DNA from: Salpingoeca rosetta
Taxonomy: Eukaryota > Protista > Choanoflagellata
Direction of reading: 5' to 3'
NCBI GenBank assembly: GCA_033442325.1
Contig: JAWQFM010000011.1
Span: 875,575-937,151 of the forward strand
Length of the DNA stretch: 61,577 bases
Below the pieces are notes generated by a model that saw only the letters and a list, made by a program, of their open reading frames with translations, was not told where the DNA came from and searched no databases. Below, piece by piece: positions 49,855 through 61,577 of the stretch. Positions within the stretch are counted from its first letter, which is position 1. The number at the start of each line of letters is the position of its first letter. A program made the position numbers and the translations under genes.

Positions 49855-51798
49855 GTGTGTGTGTGTGTGTGTAACTCTATCGCACTCCCCTTCTGTCCGT
49901 CCCCCTGCCTCTGCTTGTCCGTCCAATGTGCCCAACTTAACGGATTCTTGATGATTCTTGCCACTCTTGTTCAATTCTTACTACCCTTGTTCAATTGATA
50001 ATCTCACGCGCACCCACCGGCCTCAATGGTTTCGTCAGGACGTCGACACGTGGATGGCGGACTTGCTGGTTGAACAGGGATCGCCCTCCGAATTCCTCTC
50101 TGTGCAGAGAATATTGCGCTCAAAGCTCATGGCCCTGGATGCAAAAGTGAAACTTCTCACACAGGTGATCGCACAAGTTGCAGAGCGCGATGTCATTTGT
50201 GTGTGTGTGTGTCTGTGTGTCTGTGTCTGTGTCTGTCTGTGTCTGTGTCTGTGTCTGTGTCTGTCTGTGTGTTTTTGTCTGTCTGTCTGCCAATGTGCAA
50301 GTGACTCAAACGGCTGCTGATGTGTGTTTGTATGTGTATGTGTGTGGGCTCTGGTCCTCTTGGTTGTTGTAGGAGCTTCAGATGGCGGTAGCGGACAAGG
50401 AGCACAAGGACAACGACGCAGATCCTGCGCATGAGAGGCATTCGGTGCGTTACCATCGTTCCTGCCCATCACCGTTGCGCATACATCGCTGTCCTTCTTC
50501 CCCATCTTCTATATGCCTCCTGGGGCTTCACACCTCCAACAGCCTCGAGGTGCTCACCGTCTCTCAACCCTTGTGTGTGCGTCTGTGTGGCTGTGTTGGC
50601 GATGCCCTTGCGGCATGACACGCACACCACACGATGGCAGGTGCACTTTCTCCACGGCGCGTTGATTGCAGAGCGGCTGCATGTACAGGAACTTCGCAGT
50701 AAACTGGAGGAGCGCGAAGTGCAGGCAAAGGACGCCCAGCAGCGCGCAAATGAGGCAACACGAATGCTGAGGTGTGCCTCTGTGTGTGTCTGTGTGTGTC
50801 TGTGTGTGTCTGTGTGTCTGTGTGTCTGTGTGTCTGTGCGTGTGTGTCTATCTATCTATCAATGTGTCTGTCCAGTCTATCGGGCATATTGGCTGGCTGT
50901 CTGTTTGTATGCGTGTGCGTATCCCCGTACTGTCTGGAGGGTGCTAGGTTCGCGCTGGTCTTGCCCTTTGCATTCATGGTCGCACTGTGCCGGCTCGTGT
51001 TCGTGCTCACCGCCCTGACGTGCATGTGATGTGTGCTCAGTGCCATGCAAACTACGGTGGAGGAACAGGCGGCGCAGGTCAAGTCGCTGCTGGCGACAAT
51101 TGAAGACAAGGACACGCAGGTGAAGAAGCTGTCGCAGGACGTGGACGCAAAGACGAAGAAGATCGAGCAATCACAGCAGGCGTGCGATCACGCTCAGAAC
51201 CAATACCGCAACACAGCCCATCGATTTGACACACTCCAGGCAGCACACGAGGTTGACAATCGATTCACATTCGTGTGTGTGTGTGTGTGTGTGTGCGTGT
51301 GTGTGCGTGTGTGCGTGTGTGTGTGTGTGTGCGTGTGTGTGTGTATGTGCTGGCGACATCAGATGCACTTGTTGAATGCTCACGTTCGGTTGTGTGTGCA
51401 CCTTGAATGTGATGCGCCCGCTTGTCCCTCGCCTCCATGGTTGAATTAGGGGTTGCAACGGGAGCATGAAGCGGTGAAGAAGCAAGCAGAGGAGGCGCAG
51501 GCGCGATTGGCAGTGTTGGAGAAGAAGTTGCTCAAGCAACAAGCGGTGCGTATTTCCATATCGAGAAAAGCACGAAGGCTGTTCATGTGCCTTGCTTTGA
51601 TCTCACACATGCACCTATGTCCGTTTCCTCACACCCATGCCCGCCGCACCTGTACACACGTGCCTGCGCACACAGCAATTCTCTGCTGAACTTGACCAGT
51701 CGCACGGCAGCGCGACGGCGGCGGGCAGCGATCGGCGGCGCCACACGTTTTCTCTCAGCGGCCGACGGAGCAGGCGCTCTCGGCGCAAACGACACGAG

Positions 51799-51842
<44 letters not shown>

Positions 51843-52129
51843 CTCGGCGGCTGAACACCTCGTCTTTGAGTGCGTCTGTCTGTCTTGTCTGTCTGTGTGT
51901 TTTGTCTATGGTTGGCTGCTTGATGAGATCAATGTCTCAGTTTCTTTTGCTCCTGCTTCAAGCAGGTTGTTGTCAAATCTTTGTACTTACACACGCACAC
52001 GCACGCTCACACGCACACGCACATGCATACACAACGCGCTTGCCTTCATTCTTGGGCAATGGCAGAGGAGAGCATGGTGGTGATGGTGCATCGGATCCTG
52101 GCGAAGACGCTCGCTGTCTCATCATGTAG
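47646..52129 (+). CDS. Dbl-family RhoGEF (DH-PH) with a coiled-coil region, polybasic patch and C-terminal CaaX motif
   Basis: DH: [54 protein letters not shown]-like exon at 49038-49748, then coiled-coil exons, [10 protein letters not shown] and poly-Q. Last junction TTT GA|gtgcg...ggcag|A GGA gives ...DARCLIM*. Confidence 0.85.
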
Positions 52130-52483
52130 CCGTCGCGCAACCATCAATCAGTCCATGGCTGTCACTTCCACTCCTCCTCATGTTTCTCCTCCTCCTCCTC
52201 CTCCTCCCCTCGCATGACGATCCATGCCGCACCGCCCCGCCTCTCCTTGCCCTTGTTCTTCTTCTTCTTCTTCTTCCTCCTCCTCCTCCCCCTTTGCTTG
52301 CAAGCGTTACGTTCGTCCGTACTGTTGTGTTGATGATATTCTTCTTGAAGCTGTCCTTTGCTCCTGTCCTACTACCACGTCGTTATCGCTCCTTGCCTCT
52401 CGCGTTCGCGCTCCTCCCCTCGGCCCCTGTTTCTCGTCGTTTCGTCTGCCCCGCCCCCGTTTTCTCTGCGGTCGTGTGCGCCA

Positions 52484-54219
52484 TCACTCAACGGGGCGCG
52501 TCTCAAAGCCGCACTCGCTGAGGTGCTGCTTGACCTGCTGGATGGGCACCTCCTCCCTGTGGAAGATGCCTGCAGCGAGGACGGCTGCCGGTTTTGCCGT
52601 GCGCAGACACGCGGAGAAATGCTCCACTTTGCCGGCGCCAGAGGAGGCAATCACGGGAATGGAGACGGCATCCACAATGTCCGCAATCAGTTCTGGCACC
52701 ACCATTCATGCGCACATGCGCCAAGTGAACCGAGTGTTAACATCCATGTGTGTCAAAGTGTGTGTGTGTGTGTGCACGATAACTACTAAATCGTGCTCCA
52801 CAGGCAGTATCAGCATGTACAAAGAAGGGGAGGGAGCAGGCAAACCACGCTCGCACATGCACGCGCGCGCGCTCGTGCACGCACACGTACCAAGGTCGTA
52901 GCCGCTGTTCGTTCCGTCCTTATCCATGCAGTTGAGGAGAATTTCGCCGGCACCCAGCTCCTCGCACGTCCTTGCGAGCTCGTACGCGTCAATGTCCCTG
53001 CACGGATGGCATCCAGTGTCAACGGTGGAACACAATGCATACGAGTGCAGGACAAGCAACAACAAGTACCCACAGAAACACAGAGAGAGAGAGCGCGCGC
53101 GCGCAAGAAAGAGTGAGAAAGAGCAACGACCTCAAGGACGCACCTTGGTTCTCGGCCGCCTTTGATGGTACATTGGTACCAGCAATACGCTTCGCCGTTG
53201 GGCCCGGGCACTTGCGTCTTGATTGTGTGGTGCTGTGCATGCATGCACGAGCAGGCGTGTGAGACACATACACACACACTCACACACACGCACACACGCA
53301 CACACACGCACACATACACACACATACACACACATACACACATGCGAGCACAGTACATGCAGACGCACTTCCACACGCAAGCACCCGCGCAAGGCACGCA
53401 AAGCCACGTATTGCACTTGTGATTTGGGGGTTGCATGGCATCACACCTTTGTATCATCGGGTGACGCAACGTACACGCGACGCGGGTCAACGGAGATGAC
53501 AACGGCCTGTGCACCGTACACGTGCGAGATCTGCTCGATGCTGGACCTGATGTCACCAAAGGGCAGTGAAGCAATCACATGGATTAAGGGTACCAGCAAG
53601 GAATCGGGGCGTTCGGGGAAGCTTGCGCCAGAACGAAGCTGAGGGAAACAAGTCGGGCAGGAGGGGGGGGGGGCATGAGACGTGGAGTCAAAACAGCGGG
53701 GCCAGGCAGACTTGGGCGACTCACTTTCCGGTCTTCACGCCCGTGCGCAGAAACTGCTCAGTGATGAGGACGGCGTCGGAGCCGATGGAGACCTTGTCTG
53801 CGCCGCTGCGGAAGTATTCGCTGGCAACCTCGAGCGCCGTGTGTGGGGTGCCGTCGGGATCTGTCACGTCCCGGATGCCGCCGCCAATCGTCAACGGCAC
53901 AAACACGCGCTCAGACGTCTTGCGTAGCACCTTTGCCGGGGGGGGGGGCACAAATGTTGCAATTGAGTGTGGTAGGTGGGAGGGCAGCGTGCGGGAAGAC
54001 AGAGAGAGGGTGAGGGGTGAGGGGTGAGGGGTGAGGGAGATGCACTCATGCGAGTTATGGCCTCACATATGCATGGTTGATGTAATCAGGCACTGCGAAG
54101 GTGATTGGCACATTGACATCGTGTAACCTAAATAAATGCAGGGCGCAGTTCATAGAAGAACGAAAACGGACGCACACAGAAAAAGACATGTGGACGCATG
54201 GAAAAGACTATCGACGCAG

Positions 54220-54276
<57 letters not shown>

Positions 54277-55365
54277 CCTCAAGCATGGGCTGGTCACGAA
54301 GTGGAGAGTCACGAAAAGAGGTGATGTTGAGGAAAGTGACCTCGTCAGCACCATCCGTATAGTACCGAGCAGCCAGATCCACAGGCTTGCCCAGGTTCCG
54401 CACATTGCGAGAATCCTTCTCTCGCACGTCATACCTGTCGCGAGGACGGTAAAGGAGGGCAGCAAAGAGCACATTGAACCAGGGTTGAGCCCCGCACGCT
54501 TGAATGCATCTTGAATCAGTGCACATGCACACACACGCACACGCACACACACACACGCACACACACACGCTCGCACACACACGCTCACACACACGCTAGC
54601 ACGCACACCTACACACGCAACAGAAGCATGAGCAGAGCAACGAAACACATGGAGGTGTGAGTGCCAGGCACTCACTGGTCGCCTTTGGTGACAACAAGGT
54701 CTCCGTGATCGTTTGTGCGGACGTCGAGACAAGCGATCAGGCGGGGTGCAAGGTTTGTAGGCGGTGGGTTCGGCGTCACAACCATGTCAGCGCTGCCAGC
54801 CTCACTGGGGCTGTCCTGCAGGAGAAACTGCTTGATGAGGCGAAGCCCTGCCTGCCCGCTCTTCTCTGGGTGGAACTGCGTGGCCAGCACGTTGCCCTTG
54901 CACACGGAGCTGACAAACTCGATGCCGTAGTTGGTGGTGGTGAGCGCCCAGGCCGCGGTTCCCCGTGTTGGCAGCGCAAGGAAGCTGTGCACGAAGTAAA
55001 ACTTGCTGCTCGCACCTGCTTCCTCCAGCACCTTGGATGACTGGCGTGGGTTGACGCCATTCCATCCCATGTGCGGCACAGCGAGATGGTCGGGGACCTG
55101 GAAACGCGAAATGGTGCTGTCAATGACCCCGAGCCCCTCGATGCCCGGCGACTCCTCGCTTCCTTTGAACAGCGTCTGCATTCCCAGGCAAATGCCCAGG
55201 TATGGGCGGCCCGACGCAATGAACGCCCGCAGAGGTTCGATGTATCTGTTGGGATGGCGTGAATGTACGCAGGCGGAGTGTTACGTGAAGCGCGAAAGTA
55301 TGCAGTGACATGTGGAACGAAAAGAGGGAGGGAAGGAAGAAGGGAGGGAGGGAGATGGTGTGTCT

Positions 55366-55436
<71 letters not shown>

Positions 55437-55979
55437 TGTGTCTGTGTCTGTGTCTGTGTCTGTGTGTGTGTGTCTGTGTCTGTGTCTGTGTCTGTGTCTG
55501 TGTCTGTGTCTGTGTCTGTGTCTGTGTCTGTGTCTGTGTCTGTGCCTGTCTGTCTGTTTGTTTGTGTGAGTGCGGGTGTTGGGGATGAGGCTTGTGCACA
55601 TCAAGAAAACAGAGAGAAGGAAGAAGAAAGAGAGACACAAAGACACAGACGCACAAGCACACACAAGCACACACACACACACACGCACACACGCACACGT
55701 ACACACACGCGTGCGCACACACACACACACACGCACATGCAAACGCACATGCACACGTGCATCTGACCCAAGCTCCTCAAGACGATGCATGCAGGCGCCA
55801 AACGAGCCAACGCCTGGAAAGATGAGCTTGTCGGCCTTGTCAAAGTCATCTGCGCTCCGGATGAAGTTGAGCGATACCCCAGCTACCGCAACAGCGTTGC
55901 AAACGCTGCGAACATTGCCTGCTCCGTAGTCAAGGAGGTACACCCCGCCGCCCCCAAGCTGCTGGCCACCAGTGCTCAT
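52484..55979 (-). CDS. HIS7: Bifunctional imidazole glycerol phosphate synthase (HisH-HisF fusion)
   Basis: Glutaminase part: [31 protein letters not shown] (catalytic Cys), [21 protein letters not shown]. Cyclase part: [75 protein letters not shown]. Confidence 0.96.
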
Positions 55980-56254
55980 GATCCGTGGTCGTGTCTCGTG
56001 TCGTAATCGTGGGTTGGTGTTGGTGTTGGTGTTGGTGTTGGTGTTGTTTTGTTGCGCACACAAAGTGCTGCATTTCACGAGACCGCGAAAACACACGTCA
56101 TTCATTCACGTCTCACTGAACAGCAACAGCGACATCGCAGCGGTCACTGACGACACGAGCTCTCCCTCCAGTTCTCATTGCAACCACACAAACACAAACA
56201 CACAGACTCACACCGTGTCGGTTAGGTTGAAGCGCAATCGATCCGTCTGCAACT
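55980..56254. promoter_or_regulatory. Putative bidirectional promoter shared by HIS7 and ATIC
   Basis: 275 bp between divergent start codons; contains the imperfect inverted repeat TTTCACG-agac-CGCGAAA (56073-56090). Confidence 0.6.
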
Positions 56255-56481
56255 ATGGCTGAGGGCTTGGTTCATGTGAAGCGGGCGCTGGTGTCGGTGT
56301 TTGACAAGCAAGGCATCGACGTGCTTGGCCCAGCACTTGCGCGCCATGGTGTGACCGTGCTGTCGACGGGTGGCACCGCCGCTGCGCTCCGAAAGGCTGG
56401 CGTTCCCGTGGTGGACGTACAAGACGTCACAAAGTGGCCCGAGATGCTTGGTAATGTGTGTGTGTGTCTGTCTGTCTGTGT

Positions 56482-56535
<54 letters not shown>

Positions 56536-58124
56536 GTGTGTGTGTGTAGGTAAGTGTAAGTGTCTGTATGTCTCTGTGTCTGTCTGTCTCTGTGCGTGTG
56601 TCTGTCTGTCTGTCTGTGTAAGTGTGTATGTGTATGTGTGTGTGTGTCTGTCTGTCTGTCTCTGTGCGTGTCTGTGTTTGCTTATGATTGCGTCCGTTTG
56701 TGCATGTACTGCCCTGCCTTTCTCACTCCGATGGCTGCTGCGTGTGCCTTCTCCTCCCAATGCATCAGGCGGCCGAGTGAAGACGTTGCACCCAGCCATC
56801 CACGGGGGCCTGCTTGCCAATCGCAAGGAAGAGCAGCACCTCAAGGAGCTTGCAGACCTCAACATTGAGCCCATCGACATGGTCATCTCCAACCTCTACC
56901 CGTTTGAGAAGGTGGGTGCGTACACCTTCACGTCTGTCTGTGCCTGTCAGCCTGGCTAGGAACTGGGTTCGCTTGGCCGTGCACACCTGTTTTGTGATTC
57001 ATGCGCACTATTCGTGATGCTCTATCGAACCCTCTCACATGCCTGTGATCCACCACCGCCTCTCACATGCCTGTGATCCACCACCGCCTCTCCCCAATCT
57101 GTCCAATCTCTATCCCTCGCCCATACCCATTTCGTTCCTTCCCCCTTCCCTTATCTTCATTCATGACAGACGGTTGCATCTGGCAAGGGCTTTGAGGACT
57201 GCATTGAGATGATTGACATTGGCGGCCCAACAATGGTGCGCGCGGCGGCCAAGAACTGCGACAGCGTTGCTGTGGTCACCAGCCCTGACCAGTACGAGGC
57301 CGTTCTCGCAGAGATGGACAAGACAGGCGGTGCCCTTTCAGTGGCTACCAGGCGCAAGCTGGCCGCCAAGGCCTTCACCCGCACCTGCGAATACGACGCG
57401 GCCGTCGCCGCGTACATGACCAAAGAAACCACCCCAGACCAGGCAGTGTCTTCCCGCTTATACGTACAGGGTGGTGCGTTGCGGTACGGTGCCAACCCGC
57501 ATCAGAGCCCCGCCAGCTATGCCAGCGTCCTCGGCCATGCCCTGCCATTCCGTGTGGTCAACGGGCAACCGGGGTACATCAACCTGATGGACGCCCTCAA
57601 CGCCTGGCAGCTGGTCCGCGAGCTCAACTCCGCCCTGGACCTTCCCGCCGCAGCTTCCTTCAAGCACGTCAGCCCTGCTGGTGCGGCGGTTGCCACGCCG
57701 CTCTCCGCACAATTGGCCAAGGCGTACGAGGTCGATCCAAGCACGCTCTCAGACCAGGCCCTGGCATATGTGCGGGCGCGCGGCGCGGACCCACTCTCCA
57801 GCTACGGCGACTTTGTGGCCATCAGCGGCGTTGTGGACGAGAGCACAGCGCGCCTGCTGCAGTTTGAGGTCAGCGACGGCATCATCGCGTCCGGGTTTGA
57901 GCCCGCGGCCTTGGAGATCTTAAAGGCCAAGAAGAAAGGGCGCTATCTCATCCTGGAAGGAAACCTGAAGTACGCGGCCCCAGCTGATGAAGTCAAGGAA
58001 GTTTTTGGCGTGGCCCTCACCCAGATTCGGTGTGTGTGTGCGTGTGTGTCCGTCTGTGTGTGTCTGTGTCTGTGTGTACGTCTGTGTGTGTCTGTGTCTG
58101 TGTGTACGTTTGTGTGCATGTGCA

Positions 58125-58155
<31 letters not shown>

Positions 58156-58846
58156 GTGTGTGTGTGTGTCTGTGTCTGTGTCTGCCTCTCTGTTGGCCTG
58201 TTGGTGTCCCTATGGTTGAGACGGTAGCTCAGTGGTGTTGTGTTGTCAATGCTCCTCTCAGATGCTTGGCTTGCTCCATTATGGCTCACACTGTCGACGT
58301 TATGCTGCTTGCCGCTTGCCCATTATAGCAACACGGCCACCATTACACCAGATCTTGTCAACTCCAAGGTGGTCACGAAGCAAAGCATCCACCAAGAAGC
58401 CCTTCGTGACCTCGTCGTTGCGACCATCGCCGTCAAGTACACCCAGTCCAACTCCGTGTGTTATGCCGCCGAGGGTCAGGTGATCGGTGTTGGTGCTGGT
58501 CAGCAAAGCCGTGTGGACTGCGTCAAGCTGGCTGGCCGTAAGGTGGACACGTGGCGTGCGCGCACCCACCCCAAGGTTCTGAACCTCAAGTTCAAGGCCG
58601 GCGTGAAGGTGAGCGCTTCGGTTTGACAGTGTTTGCATGCACAACGAAAGGGAGGAGTGTACACGTTTACGACAGACAATGGAACCGGTCGGGCTGCCAC
58701 AACTCTCAACTCACCTCGCGTATCTGTTTTGAAATGCAGAAACAAGCTCGGATCAATGCCCGTGTTGCATACATTAGCAACGACATGACACCTCAAGAGA
58801 AAACACACTGGGAAGAGCTCTTCGAGGAGGTTCCCGAGCCACTCAC

Positions 58847-58897
<51 letters not shown>

Positions 58898-59395
58898 TTA
58901 CAGTTGTATTTGGAGCTCCACATTTCTCTCATCTGTGGCCTGTCACAGATGGAGGAGTCCAGGGAATGGGCTGCATCTTTCAAGAACGTCTCGCTGTCGA
59001 GTGACGCATTCTTCCCCTTCCGTGACAACATTGACCAGGTTTGTGTGTGTGTGTGTGTGTCTGTGTGTCTGTGTGTGTGTGTGTGTGTGTTGCGCGTGTA
59101 TGTGCGTGTGTGTGTTGCATGTGGTGTCACATGCCTCTGACTTGGTTGGTGTTTGGCGTTGTTGTGGGCTTGAGGACAGCATGTCCTTGAGTTGCAACTA
59201 TGACACGCGTCTAGTCGTCTCGATCAAAATATAGCTCTTGCTCACTCGTCCCGCCAACACTTGCAGGCCGCAAAGCACGGAGTTGCGTTTGTGACCCAGC
59301 CTGGCGGCAGCGTGCAGGACGACACCGTGATTGAAGCCTGCGACGAATACGGCATGGCCATGTCCTTCACAGGCACACGTCTCTTCCATCACTGA
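56255..59395 (+). CDS. ATIC: Bifunctional AICAR transformylase / IMP cyclohydrolase (PurH, ADE16/17)
   Basis: [18 protein letters not shown]|[97 protein letters not shown] (eukaryotic-type C-terminus). Confidence 0.97.
57031..57092. repeat. 28-bp tandem duplication in an ATIC intron
   Basis: cctctcacatgcctgtgatccaccaccg occurs twice in tandem. Confidence 0.85.
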
Positions 59396-59870
59396 AACAG
59401 CTCCAACCTTGTTGGACAGCTTTCCACCCATCATCCTTTTGTTTCCTTGCCATTTTCATCCCCAATGCTTCAAACATGGCCGTTCTTCACACTGCAATGA
59501 AGCTAGATTTCCAGACAGTAGATGATTGTGTGTGTGTGTGTGTGTTTACGGTAGGCAAACGCAACAAACAAGAACACAAGGAGAATGAACAAGCACAACA
59601 AGCTGCTGCCAAATCAACTCGGGCAGCACGCTCAAACAACCACAAGACAAGTGCACACACAGTCAACAGAGCTGCCAAGGCGACATGGGCAGAGTGTGCG
59701 CGAACACAAACAATCTAAACAACGAACAGCATGCATACATGCGCGCAGAGCAATGCTTGCAGGCAAGCATACACAACAGACAACACTTCACAACACTGCA
59801 TGGCACGTGCACATGGCATCCGTCAAGCATGGCGAGCATGCACACACACACATGGCACACAACTCACGTG

Positions 59871-61577
59871 TGTAGGGGAAGGAGGAGAGGAGAGGCAGTT
59901 GGCACACATGCATGCCAGCAGAGAGGAAGGAATGTTTGCCAACGGAAAAACCACAAAGCAGGTGTTGTTGGCAAACAAGACAAAAACCACATGAGAAGGC
60001 AAATTAGGAAGGACTCAACACGAAACAGAAACTCACTCACTCTCAACACTCCCCCTCAACTGCCTTCCTCTGCTCCGTCTCAGCCGTCGATGTTCCCACC
60101 AATCGTGGCAGGTGCTGCTCGAAGGTCTGCTTGTCCAGTGCCTTGGTCAGCGCGTCGGCAACCATCCGCGTGCCGGGACAGTGCTGCAGCACAATGGTTC
60201 CGTCGGCGATGAGCTCCCGCACGAAGTGGTGGCGTACCCGGATGTGCTTCGTGCGCGGCTTGGTGACGTGGTCGTTGCCGATGGCGATGGCCGCCTGGTT
60301 ATCTGTCAGCATCTTGGTGGCTCCAGCCTCGGGCTCGTCGAGGTCCATGAGCAGCTGCCGCAGAAAGACGACGTCCTGCGCTGCAGCGGAGATGGCCATG
60401 TACTCGGCCTCGGCGGTGCTCAGCGCAACCGTGGGTTGCAGCCGACTGCTCCAAGACACAAGACAGCCGTTGATGTAGCAGGTGAAGCCCGTCGTGGAGC
60501 GGCCCGTCAGCTGGTCTGTGCCGAAGCTGGCATCGCTGTAGCACACAAGGTCCAGCGGCTGGTCCTTGCGCGTGCCGCTGCGTCGCTTGAAGAGGAGGCC
60601 GTGCTCGCTCGTCGCCTTCAGGTACCGCACGACGTGCTTGGCTGCCTGCCAGTGGACCGTCGTGTAACGGTCCATGTAACGGCAGAGCAGCCCGCATGCG
60701 AAGCTGACGTCTGGTCTCGTGCGGGTTGGCCAGGTTACAGGAGCGAGCCGACGAGGTTGCGGAAAGGCAAGCGTCGGTCGGGCTGCTCGCTGATGCTGGA
60801 GGCGTCGATGCCAACACGCATGGGCCGTGGAACTGCTGGCTGCCCGCTGCCAGGTTGAAGTCGTTGACGNNNNNNNNNNNNNNNNNNNNNNNNNNNNNNN
60901 NNNNNNNNNNNNNNNNNNNNNNNNNNNNNNNNNNNNNNNNNNNNNNNNNNNNNNNNNNNNNNNNNNNNNNNNNNNNNNNNNNNNNGATCTGCTGCTTGCA
61001 GGCACGGATGTGGCGCTCGCTGCTGCCGCTGATGATGAGGTCGTCGACGTACGTGATGATCCATGTGCGCTGTCCGTCGTCGTGGAGCTTGGTGAAGAGG
61101 CAAGCGTCGACGTTGCTTTGCGCCCATCCGTTGGTCTTGAGGAAGGTGTGCAGCTTCTTGGCCCATGCACGGCCAGCTTGCTTGAGGCCGTAGAGCGGCT
61201 TGAGCAGCCGGCACACCTTGCCCGCGTAGCGTTGAGCGCCGTCGCCGATGTCGGTGAAGTGCGGCGGCAGCTTCATGTACAGCTCCTCCTTGAGATCAGC
61301 CTGCAGGTAAGCCGACTTGAAGTCGAGCTGGTGCAGCTGGTGCTGTCGTTGCAGGGAGACGGCGAGCACAGTGAGGATGGTCTTGGCTGCTGGTGTTGGG
61401 GCGTAGGTCTGGTCGAAGTCGATGCCCGGTCGCTGGCTGAAGCCCTTGGGCGACCCAGCGGGCCTTGAAGCGCGTCAGCGTGCCTTCCGCATCACGCTTC
61501 ACCTTGAAAATGAACCGGGACTTGAGGGGCGTGTGTTGCCGTGGGAGGAGCTGACTGGGATGATCTTGATGACGCCG
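59871..61577 (-). mobile_element. Ty1/copia LTR retrotransposon, 3' portion (RT-RNase H, PPT, putative 3' LTR); continues off the right edge
   Basis: RT: FKARWVA, QLDFKSAYL, LYGLKQAGRAW, YVDDLII. Copia RNase H: YSDASF, STAEAEY, DNQAAI, KHIRVRHHFVRE, ADALTK. The ORF ends at 60043. PPT TGAGGGGGAG (60049-60058) is immediately followed by TGTTGA (LTR start 60048). The distal LTR end is uncertain: 59871 preferred, 59963 or 59410 possible. Confidence 0.9.

Noticed and set aside
61430-61460. Programmed frameshift in the copia element
   Set aside because: It falls inside RT, not at a gag-pol boundary; better explained as an indel or sequencing error.

Overview
Eukaryotic, intron-rich genomic DNA. 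Most introns carry (GT)n/(CA)n microsatellites, and there are five N gaps. The gene content (p53/p63/p73-family gene, MEK5, CERT and SLMAP together with histidine biosynthesis) suggests a unicellular holozoan, most likely a choanoflagellate such as Salpingoeca rosetta (inference). I reconstructed 13 protein-coding genes by hand-splicing exons: P4-ATPase flippase (-), WDR61/Ski8 (+), CERT (-), an intronless mitochondrial-carrier-like gene (+), a coiled-coil protein (-), SLMAP (+), YDJC (-), a p53/p63/p73-like factor with DBD+OD+SAM (-), cytosolic AspRS (+), MEK5 (-), a DH-PH RhoGEF ending in a CaaX box (+), HIS7 (-) and ATIC (+). The 3' half of a Ty1/copia retrotransposon (-) lies at the right edge. 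Twelve of the 13 genes sit in head-to-head pairs. Highlights: (1) HIS7 and ATIC, the histidine-pathway producer of AICAR and the purine-pathway consumer of AICAR, have start codons 275 bp apart in divergent orientation; (2) a full-architecture p63/p73-like gene with a TAD1-like motif; (3) a candidate prenylated RhoGEF; (4) introns with complementary 5' GT / 3' AC repeats. Gene coordinates run from start codon to stop and include introns. All homology calls come from motif recognition by eye, not database searches.
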